64,000 nt of DNA from positions 256,001-320,000 of the forward strand of contig JBGASG010000003.1 of assembly GCA_044229845.1 (NCBI GenBank), written 5' to 3'. A program made the translations under genes and the position numbers. Of this stretch, positions 39,202-47,041 are shown piece by piece (position 1 is the first letter of the stretch; each line of letters starts with the position of its first letter). Under the pieces are notes generated by a model. The model saw only the letters and a list, made by a program, of their open reading frames with translations. It had not been told where the DNA came from and searched no databases. This DNA is from Candidatus Obscuribacteraceae bacterium (GTDB lineage: Bacteria; Cyanobacteriota; Vampirovibrionia; Obscuribacterales; Obscuribacteraceae).

Positions 39202-41002
39202 GTGTCTCGGCGCTCAACCCTTGCATATCACGCAGCATCGTCTTCGCCTGCGGATACTCAGTGAACCCCTTGTTACCGTGGTCTACAACCCACTCAAGCA
39301 ACGGACGGGCTTCTTTTTCCTTTCCCTCGAATATGCAAGTCACCGCCACATAAGTGTTTGCTTCGGTCTTATCGTCAATACTTTGCGCAGCAGCAAGAAG
39401 CCGATCTGCGGACAAGCTGCCGTCGGCAAACTGCAAGAGTTTCTTAGACCATTCATCAGTTGTGTGGGGCAACACTTGCTGCACCACTGCTTTAGCCTTG
39501 TCCAGCTGTCCGGAACCACGATAGGCCAATGCAGCAATCGTGGCTGCGTACGCAGCATGAGGATTGTCCGCTGCTATCAAAGACAGTCCTTTCTCAGCGT
39601 CACGGGCTGCTAACAGATACTCCCGCCTCGAGAGAAAAAATTGTGACCGCAACATAACCGCCGCCTCACCGGTGTCGGCAACTCCCAGGTCGACCGCGCG
39701 ATCCAGCTTTTCGCGGGCTTTGTCATAGTCGCCCCGCAGCCAATAAATATCGCCGCGCAGCGTCTGCAAGGTACCGTCAGAAAGTGGCGGCGAACTGCTG
39801 ATGGTGGCATCATTGAGCGCCTGCTCATACTGACCCAACCATTCTTTAGCGTGAATTCTTACGGCATACGGACGCGTCAGCTTTGGCGCCAGCTTGATCG
39901 CCTCTTGTGCGTCTTCCAGAGCCTTTGCGTATTCGCCCTTACTGAGCCGAGCCTGAGCACGCAAGCTGTAAGCAACAGGTTTTGGTCCGCCCAGTTCCAG
40001 AATTTTTGCTGCGTCGTTTTCCAATCCCTGCCAGTTCTCATTTTTTTCATAGATGTACATGCGAGTGACATAGCCGTCGACTGCGGTCGGATTACTGGCG
40101 ATGCTTTTGTTGATCATCGCCAGCGCTCGTGGAGAATCATGGCGCTCGATCAAATCCATAGCCCGGTCGCGTTCATACTGATGGTCAAAATCGAATGGAC
40201 GCATCTGATCTACTCGATACATCGTAAACAACAGCCCCGCCATCGCCATGAACGAACTGACCGTCACCGCCAACTTCACGGGGCGATTAGCGGGACGCAA
40301 GAGAAATATCCCGCAGAACATGCCAACTACAAAGCCACCGGCATGGGCCGCGTTGTCCACGTCAGGTATGAACATTCCCGTGACCACGGCGATAAAGACG
40401 AAGACCGGCACAAAGCGCATAGTCGAAATGATCAGGCGTTTTGGCAGGGTCGATTGGTTGTTGATAAAGAAGGAGAGAAACGCACCCCACAAGCCGAGAA
40501 CCGCTCCGGATGCCCCCGCGCTAACCTGATAAGGGTGCGCCAACAGACTGAACAAAGAGGCACCGACCGCGCAAAACAAATAGATGGTGAGGAAACGCAA
40601 AGTGCCACCAAGTCTTTCGACATAACGGCCCACGTCCCAGAGTACAAACATGTTGACGGCCAGGTGAAATATGCTCACATGCACGAATGCAGAAGTGAGC
40701 AGTCGCCAGGGTTCCTCATTGAGAGCCAGACTTGGTGCGCACGCGCCCCAATGAATTACGAGAGATCTGCCGGCATAAATGAACGCTACACCCTTACTTT
40801 CGATAACCATCGCCAGAAACACCAGGCAGTTGATGGCGATCAAAATCCACGCCGTGTAGAAGGTCTGCTTCCTGTAGTAGCCTTCCAAGATCTTGAGCGG
40901 ATCATTGGGGTCGACGGGTTTTTCGTTGGCGTCGACGGGCTTTTCGTCGGCGGCTTTACCGTCGGCGTTGTCGGTATTTGGGATTTCCTTTTCGTCTGAC
41001 AT
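39194..41002 (-). CDS. Rhomboid intramembrane serine protease fused to TPRs
   Basis: WRLLTSAFVH, HLAVNM, GASGA (catalytic Ser), AAHAGG (catalytic His), then TPRs. Confidence 0.92.
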   Translation of the reverse strand: MSDEKEIPNTDNADGKAADEKPVDANEKPVDPNDPLKILEGYYRKQTFYTAWILIAINCLVFLAMVIESKGVAFIYAGRSLVIHWGACAPSLALNEEPWRLLTSAFVHVSIFHLAVNMFVLWDVGRYVERLGGTLRFLTIYLFCAVGASLFSLLAHPYQVSAGASGAVLGLWGAFLSFFINNQSTLPKRLIISTMRFVPVFVFIAVVTGMFIPDVDNAAHAGGFVVGMFCGIFLLRPANRPVKLAVTVSSFMAMAGLLFTMYRVDQMRPFDFDHQYERDRAMDLIERHDSPRALAMINKSIASNPTAVDGYVTRMYIYEKNENWQGLENDAAKILELGGPKPVAYSLRAQARLSKGEYAKALEDAQEAIKLAPKLTRPYAVRIHAKEWLGQYEQALNDATISSSPPLSDGTLQTLRGDIYWLRGDYDKAREKLDRAVDLGVADTGEAAVMLRSQFFLSRREYLLAARDAEKGLSLIAADNPHAAYAATIAALAYRGSGQLDKAKAVVQQVLPHTTDEWSKKLLQFADGSLSADRLLAAAQSIDDKTEANTYVAVTCIFEGKEKEARPLLEWVVDHGNKGFTEYPQAKTMLRDMQGLSAETPN

Positions 41003-41013
41003 TGAGCGCTGCG

Positions 41014-42090
41014 CTATTCACGCGGCTCAATCCCGAGACCTGGACGATCGGGTAGCACCATGTAGCCATCCTTGTATTCGGCACCGGCAAACGGATCGTT
41101 GGCTAACAGCATGGCGCCGTCCAGGTCGAGATAATCGCAGAGCGCCTGAATCTGGCAGGCGGCCGAAATGCCGACGGACGACTCGACCATACAGCCAAAC
41201 ATGATCTTCAAATTGAAAGCGCGCGCGGTGTGGATGACTTTCATGGCTTCCAGGATGCCACCAGTTTTCGCCAGCTTGACGACGACACCATCAATGGTGC
41301 CGGCCAGCCGCGCCACATCGGTAGAGCGCATGATGCTTTCGTCAGCAAACACGGGAATGGCTGTGTGTTCGCGCACGAACTGCCAGTCGGTTACCTGGGC
41401 GTACTTTGGAATCGGCTGCTCGATAAATTCGACGCCGTGATCTTGCAGGAACCTGGACATTTTGATGGCCTGCTTTGGCGTCCAACCACCGTTCGCGTCG
41501 ACTCTCAGAGGCAGATCTTTAGCGACCTTGCGAACTCGCTTGATGATTTCTTCATCGTAGCTGGTGCCCTGCTTAATTTTCAGCATCTTGTATCCGGCAT
41601 CGACAGCTTCTCGGGTCTTCTGCTCGACTACGTCGAGGCTGTCGATGCCGATAGTGAAATCGGTCATCGGATATTTCAACTCGGCCAACCCCAGAGAATG
41701 GTAGGTCGGAGTCTTGATCAGCTTACCGACAATGTCATGCAAAGCCATTTCCACAGCGGCTTTCGCCGAGCAGTTGCCGGCGATGGATTTGTCCAATCGC
41801 TGAACGATCGCCTCGATTGCAAAAGGGTTTTCACCCAAGATGTCTGTTTCCGCCCAGGTCTTCAAAACAGCCGAGACAGTGCTGGCATTCTCATTATGAT
41901 ACTCAGCCGGAGCGGCTTCACCGAGTCCCTCGATGCCTTCGAAAGACAAGCGCACCAGAATGTTGTGCGTGTCGGACGAGGTGCCATACGAAATGCCGAA
42001 AGGATGCTTCGTGCGCAGCATCAGATCTTCAAAGGAAAGTTGGATCGCAGACTTCTGCTTCGTAGCTGTCACCTTAGTTCCTCCCGCCAT
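41014..42090 (-). CDS. L-Ala-D/L-Glu dipeptide epimerase family (enolase superfamily)
   Basis: KIKQG, RVDANGGW, IEQP, ADES, KLAKTGG, GCMVES, DLDG. Confidence 0.9.
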   Translation of the reverse strand: MAGGTKVTATKQKSAIQLSFEDLMLRTKHPFGISYGTSSDTHNILVRLSFEGIEGLGEAAPAEYHNENASTVSAVLKTWAETDILGENPFAIEAIVQRLDKSIAGNCSAKAAVEMALHDIVGKLIKTPTYHSLGLAELKYPMTDFTIGIDSLDVVEQKTREAVDAGYKMLKIKQGTSYDEEIIKRVRKVAKDLPLRVDANGGWTPKQAIKMSRFLQDHGVEFIEQPIPKYAQVTDWQFVREHTAIPVFADESIMRSTDVARLAGTIDGVVVKLAKTGGILEAMKVIHTARAFNLKIMFGCMVESSVGISAACQIQALCDYLDLDGAMLLANDPFAGAEYKDGYMVLPDRPGLGIEPRE

Positions 42091-42093
42091 AAA

Positions 42094-42954
42094 TCATACC
42101 GCCGCTTTCGAGAGCCAGTCTTTGACTGACTGGTTGAAAGCTTCCTGCACCTGTTTTACTACTGGTCCAACTTTGCCGGTTCCAACCGGTTTCTCATCGA
42201 GAGCAATGATCGGCACCACCTGAATTGTCGTCCCGGTCAAAAAGAGTTCATCCAGCTCAAACAGCTCAGCTTCGCTGATGCGCTGCTCAATCATCGGGAT
42301 GTTGTTCCGCGTGCACAGATCAACAACATGGCGCTTAGTGATACCAGGCAAAACCGCAGGTCCGTTAGGTGCCACCAAAACTTTCCCGCCTTTCACGCCA
42401 AACACACTGGTGCGACTGCCTTCGGTAACTAAGCCGTCCCGCAGCATCACAGCTTCCAGACACCCCTGTCTTTGTGCCTCGCTGGCAGCCATACAGTTAG
42501 CCAGCAAGCTCGTCACTTTCAAATCATTTCTCTGCCAGCGGACATCCCTGGCTGTAATTGCCTTAGCACCCTCAATACGCAAGGGCGCCGCCGGGTCATC
42601 GAAGTGCTCCACATAGATTAAGCAATTAGGAACAGCGTCTTCAGGAAAGTGATGGAATCGGCGGGCACCGGCTCCCCGACTGACTTGAATGTAGACAATC
42701 GCTTCGCTCTCACCACTGTTGGTCAACGTCATATGCACGCGTTCTTTAACCACATCAACCGAAAAATTGATGGATAGCTCCTGCAGTCCCCTCGCCAATC
42801 GCTGCATATGGTCATCGACACGCCAGAGCCTGCCGCCGCTCACGCGCAGCACCTCATAGACAGCATCACCGAAAAGAAACGCCCGATCGAGCGCCGGCAC
42901 CCGCACCTCATCCAGAGGCATTTCCGAACCGTTCCAATTGGCCAGCGTCTTCAA
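42094..42954 (-). CDS. PLP class IV aminotransferase, D-amino-acid-transaminase-like (TTG start)
   Basis: DRAFLFGDAVYEV, YIQVSRG, RWQRNDLK, LPGITK; SD GAGAGG upstream. Confidence 0.88.
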   Translation of the reverse strand: MKTLANWNGSEMPLDEVRVPALDRAFLFGDAVYEVLRVSGGRLWRVDDHMQRLARGLQELSINFSVDVVKERVHMTLTNSGESEAIVYIQVSRGAGARRFHHFPEDAVPNCLIYVEHFDDPAAPLRIEGAKAITARDVRWQRNDLKVTSLLANCMAASEAQRQGCLEAVMLRDGLVTEGSRTSVFGVKGGKVLVAPNGPAVLPGITKRHVVDLCTRNNIPMIEQRISEAELFELDELFLTGTTIQVVPIIALDEKPVGTGKVGPVVKQVQEAFNQSVKDWLSKAAV

Positions 42955-42984
42955 GTTAGCTACCTCTCGCAGTCATCATCTTCC

Positions 42985-43028
42985 AGATCGTACACTTCGC
43001 CTTGGACGCCTACGATCTTGGCGTCCAA
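42985..43028 (-). promoter_or_regulatory. H-type RNA pseudoknot in the aminotransferase leader
   Basis: Minus strand: UUGGACGCC-A-AGAUCGUA-GGCGUCCAA-GGCGAAGUG-UACGAUCU; S1 9 bp and S2 8 bp, all Watson-Crick. Confidence 0.6.
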
Positions 43029-43343
43029 CAGAACTCAGATGCCTCCCCGACCTCCTTGAAACAGCTCAAATTGGAGCAGCCAGACCTCAAAGACGTCGCC
43101 AGGAGTGTTCATTAGAACACATATATCAGCCTCTAATTCTGGAAACGCCGGTCCTGGCAGGGTTCAATTAGTTTATCTTTTGTAAAATCAGGGCCTGTAA
43201 TGCGGGGTAATTAGGACGGTTACCGCATCCTTAGGGCACACAAGTGGAATAGAATTAGCAGGTGCGGCGTCGGCTCGCCGCTATCACGAGCAGCTGCGCT
43301 ACTTGACAAGCGTGAACGTTCGAAAGCATGAGGAAAGTACTGA

Positions 43344-44255
43344 ATGGCAAGCGATGACATGGAGCTGAAGGCCGCGGACGACGGCTCATCCGCAGGGGAA
43401 TCAGCTCAGGCGCCTGGCACGGCAGCCGCCACTCAAACCGCCAGTGAGGGGACAGAAGACAAGGACAAAGGAAGCCGCGTCGACGCTGCCAAAGCTTTCT
43501 TCCGAGCCATGTACGCGGGCGACGAAAACGCAGACGCCGCGGCAATGGATTCCGGAGCGCAGGGCGGCGGAGCCCGACCGGGAGGCGGCGGCGGTGAAGT
43601 GGGCAGCTGTCGCAATTGCACGGGCATGGAATTTGCCCTCAAGGAAGCCGAAGCCAAAGCAAACGAAGCCGACACTCTCTATCGCCGTATGGCAGCCGAT
43701 TTCGACAATTTCCGTCGGCGCATGGAAAAGCAGAGCGAAGAGTCGGCAGCAGCCGGCGTGCGCAAAGCTGTAGAAGCTTTGCTGCCGGCGCTCGATGATT
43801 TCGACCGCGCCAAAACTTTCCTCAATGCCGACATGCCGGCCGACAAGCTGTTTGAAGGCTTCAACCTGGTGTTCACACGCCTTCTCGGTTGCCTGGAGGC
43901 TACGGGCGTGAAGCGCATTCAATCGGTCGGCGAACAGTTCGATCCCAAATTCCATGAGCCTGTGCAGCAAATCACCACGACCGAGTTCCCCGATGGCGCC
44001 GTGGCGCAGGAACTGCGTGGCGGCTACATGATGCATGACAAGGTTATTCGTCCGGCAATGGTCAACGTCGCCGACAACCCGAACGGCGCGACGGTCACGC
44101 CGCCAGCAGCTGCGCCGGCAGCGGCCACGCCGCCGGCGACTGCACCACCAGCCGCTGAGGCACCAGCGGCACCGCCTCCGGCCGAAGCGCCCGCGGCCCC
44201 TGCGGCTGCCGAGACTCCAGCCGCAGCTCCAGCCGAAGAAGCTCCGAAAGAATAA
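43344..44255 (+). CDS. grpE: Nucleotide exchange factor GrpE with N- and C-terminal extensions
   Basis: RRMAADFDNFRRR, LLPALDDFDRA, FDPKFHE, GYMMHDKVIRPAMV. Confidence 0.96.
   Translation: MASDDMELKAADDGSSAGESAQAPGTAAATQTASEGTEDKDKGSRVDAAKAFFRAMYAGDENADAAAMDSGAQGGGARPGGGGGEVGSCRNCTGMEFALKEAEAKANEADTLYRRMAADFDNFRRRMEKQSEESAAAGVRKAVEALLPALDDFDRAKTFLNADMPADKLFEGFNLVFTRLLGCLEATGVKRIQSVGEQFDPKFHEPVQQITTTEFPDGAVAQELRGGYMMHDKVIRPAMVNVADNPNGATVTPPAAAPAAATPPATAPPAAEAPAAPPPAEAPAAPAAAETPAAAPAEEAPKE
44096..44252 (+). repeat. Imperfect Pro/Ala-rich tandem repeats encoding the GrpE tail
   Basis: TPPAAAPAAATPPATAPPAAEAPAAPPPAEAPAAPAAAETPAAAPAEEAPKE. Confidence 0.7.
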
Positions 44256-44410
44256 ACGCAACTGCCGACAATTGCAGTGCCACCATATTCACCACTATCA
44301 GGTGAGTTAGGGCGCCAGATTTTGCTTCATTAGCTTGTATAAATCAACATTACATAGCAACTCGCGCTTTCGCACAGCTTCTAAAGCCGGAATGCCATAG
44401 AATAGAACGA

Positions 44411-45592
44411 GTGAAAACCATGTCCAATCGCGATTATTACGACGTTCTTGGAGTGCAGCGCAACGCCTCCGCGGACCAAATCAAGAAGTCCTTTCGCAAG
44501 AAGGCGGCTCAGCTTCACCCGGACAATTTGGATTCGGGAGATGAGTCCGCGTTCAAAGAATTAGTCAACGCCTACGAAGTACTTTCCGATGATCAGCGGC
44601 GTTCGCTCTACGATCGCTACGGCGAGGACGGTTTGCGCCGCGCGGGTGGCGGTGGGGAGCCGAACTTCGACTTCGGTGCCTTCGGCGACCTGGGCGAGAT
44701 ATTCGAATACTTTTTCGGCGGCGGCGGCCGCACTTACAGTCGGCAGAAGGCAGGCCCGCAGCGTGGATCCGATCTAAAAATGGGTCTGGAGCTGGACTTT
44801 CTGGAAGCCGTGTTCGGCTGCGAAAAGAAGATCAGCGTCAAGCATGCCATCGATTGCACCGAATGCAGTGGCACGGGCGCCGCGCGCGGCAGCAAGCGCA
44901 TCAATTGCAAAACCTGCGGCGGACAGGGTCAAGTACGGCAGAGTGCCGCAACGCTGTTCGGGCAGTTCACACAGATATTGCCTTGCCCGCACTGCGACGG
45001 GGAAGGGACGACGGTCGAGAATCCTTGCGGTGTGTGCCAGGGGCACGGACAGACTCGCAAGTCGGAAAGCATCGATTTGAAGGTACCGCCGGGCGTCGAT
45101 CACGGTGCTCGCTTGCGGGTATCTCAGGCTGGCGACCAGGGCAAGCGCGGCGCGCCGGCAGGCGATCTGTATGTGATCTTGCAAGTCAGACAGCACGCCG
45201 AATTTGTTCGAGACGGTCATAACATCCACCTCAAGCAACCCGTCAGCTTCTCCATGGCAGGACTGGGCGGCGAGTTATTGGTATCCACGGTTGACGGTCC
45301 GCGAGTTCTGAAGATACCGGCAGGAATTCAATCAGGCACGGCGTTGACCATGAAAGAGCAGGGGGTGCCGCATCTGGGCAACCCGACCAAACGCGGTGAC
45401 CAGGTGGTGCACGTTGTCGTTGAAACACCCTCGAAGCTGAGCGATGAAGAAAAAAATCTGCTACGTCAGTTAGCCGAGGTACGCGGAGAAAAGCTGACGG
45501 TCGCGGAGTCTCTGAAGAACGGTCCGAAAGACGGACAGCAATCGCTCTTCGATGTGATCGCGGGCGTATTCAAGAAAAATGATGGCGACTAG
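44411..45592 (+). CDS. dnaJ: Chaperone DnaJ (class A; ATG alternative at 44420)
   Basis: DYYDVLGV, HPD, four CxxCxGxG repeats, GDLYV. Confidence 0.97.
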   Translation: MKTMSNRDYYDVLGVQRNASADQIKKSFRKKAAQLHPDNLDSGDESAFKELVNAYEVLSDDQRRSLYDRYGEDGLRRAGGGGEPNFDFGAFGDLGEIFEYFFGGGGRTYSRQKAGPQRGSDLKMGLELDFLEAVFGCEKKISVKHAIDCTECSGTGAARGSKRINCKTCGGQGQVRQSAATLFGQFTQILPCPHCDGEGTTVENPCGVCQGHGQTRKSESIDLKVPPGVDHGARLRVSQAGDQGKRGAPAGDLYVILQVRQHAEFVRDGHNIHLKQPVSFSMAGLGGELLVSTVDGPRVLKIPAGIQSGTALTMKEQGVPHLGNPTKRGDQVVHVVVETPSKLSDEEKNLLRQLAEVRGEKLTVAESLKNGPKDGQQSLFDVIAGVFKKNDGD

Positions 45593-47030
45593 GCATGGCT
45601 TCCTGACTGCTTTAGCAGTATTCCTGTCAGTCACCATCTTCAGTGCACTGCTTACTCCACCCGCCCGCGCCACACGCCTTCCCGCCGAACTTCGTCAGGC
45701 GGCCGAGCAAGTCTTTCCACATGCCCAAGTGAGATTGGACGGTTCGCTGGCTCTGCCGGACGGGTCTCTGGTATTGCCTCTGGTGCCCGCAACGGCCGCC
45801 AAGAGCAAGCTGGAAAAACTCGACATCGAAGCAAAGTTTCCGGAAGCCGATCCGGTAATTGTGTTTTACTCCAACGGTTGGGCACACGTAAGAACCTGCC
45901 TGCGCGGCAAGTCACGCACCATATCGTTGCCTAAAGACACGCCTGAAAAACTGGTCAAGCATGCTCTGTCCATGCACTTTCCGTCTGACCTGATCGTCCC
46001 GGAGCATTTCGTACTGCCCAAATCGCTGAAACCTTTTATCGGCGATTTGCAGATCAATCTCATCGATGATGTGGTCTTGATGAAACCCGAGTTCGGGCAG
46101 GTGAAGAAAGAGCCGTCCGGTCACTACGATGGTCCGGGGACCGTCATGCTCACCAGCATCAACACCGGCACCATCACGCTTTTGAATGGCAACACGCTGG
46201 CCAAAGTCGCCGAGTTTCCCACCGAAGGCACGCCGTGCAGCATGCATTACCAGAACGGCATTCTATATATTGCCGACCAGGGCAAACATCGCGTGCTCAT
46301 GCTCGACGTCGGCAAACGACGATTCCTGGGGCAGATCGACCTGGTTCCCGGCAGCGCTCCCAAAGGCATCGCGGCACTGCCGAACGGAAAACTTCTCTAT
46401 GTTTCCGAGAGCGGCACCGGACATATCTCGACCATCGAGACAGCCAGCGGAAAAGTCCTGGTGCGCACCAAAGTTCCGCCCGGTCCGGGTCGCATGGTGG
46501 TGACGCCCGACGGCGTGTTTCTCATCGTCCTCAACGTTTCCTCAGGAGATCTGACGGTCATCGCCACATACAATCAGCGCGTTGTCGGTACAGTCAAGGT
46601 AGGCTCGATGCCCAGTTCGATCGCATTGGCCGGCGAAGGACGCACCGCTTACGTGAGCTGCAAAAACGCTAATTACGTAGCTGTTGTCGACGTCACCAAC
46701 AGGCGCGTCACGGGCGCCATCAAGACCGGTTCCAGCCCGACCGGCATCGCCCTCACGGCGGACGGCAGCCGCGTCTTCGTAGCCAGTGCCCGCGACAACA
46801 TGATCACCGCCTACGATACCAAGACGCTTACTCAAAATGGTGAAGCCAGATTGCCGCTCGATGTAGAGTTTCCTGGCACAATCTGTCTCTTGCCGGGAGG
46901 CAAGCGCCTGGTGGTAACCAGTCAGCAAACGGACGCCATCGGCATTATGGATGTGGAAAGAATGACCTTCGAAAGTGATTCCAGGTTGGGTCATCCCGTC
47001 CAGGAAGTAATCTGGGCACCAGTGCATTGA
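45579..47030 (+). CDS. Exported YVTN/YncE-type beta-propeller protein
   Basis: Signal peptide; repeated P.GIAL.PDG..LYV blades. Confidence 0.85.
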   Translation: MMATRHGFLTALAVFLSVTIFSALLTPPARATRLPAELRQAAEQVFPHAQVRLDGSLALPDGSLVLPLVPATAAKSKLEKLDIEAKFPEADPVIVFYSNGWAHVRTCLRGKSRTISLPKDTPEKLVKHALSMHFPSDLIVPEHFVLPKSLKPFIGDLQINLIDDVVLMKPEFGQVKKEPSGHYDGPGTVMLTSINTGTITLLNGNTLAKVAEFPTEGTPCSMHYQNGILYIADQGKHRVLMLDVGKRRFLGQIDLVPGSAPKGIAALPNGKLLYVSESGTGHISTIETASGKVLVRTKVPPGPGRMVVTPDGVFLIVLNVSSGDLTVIATYNQRVVGTVKVGSMPSSIALAGEGRTAYVSCKNANYVAVVDVTNRRVTGAIKTGSSPTGIALTADGSRVFVASARDNMITAYDTKTLTQNGEARLPLDVEFPGTICLLPGGKRLVVTSQQTDAIGIMDVERMTFESDSRLGHPVQEVIWAPVH

Positions 47031-47041
47031 AAGAGAACCTT

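Noticed and set aside
43060..43086. CAG...AGCAGCC resembling SRP RNA domain IV on the plus strand
   Set aside because: No CAGG and no GNRA tetraloop; spacing does not fit.
42938..43171. 77-aa plus-strand ORF
   Set aside because: No SD, overlaps the aminotransferase start, no recognisable motifs.
43250..43343. CIRCE element upstream of grpE
   Set aside because: Only TTAGCA is present; the TTAGCACTC-N9-GAGTGCTAA repeat is absent.
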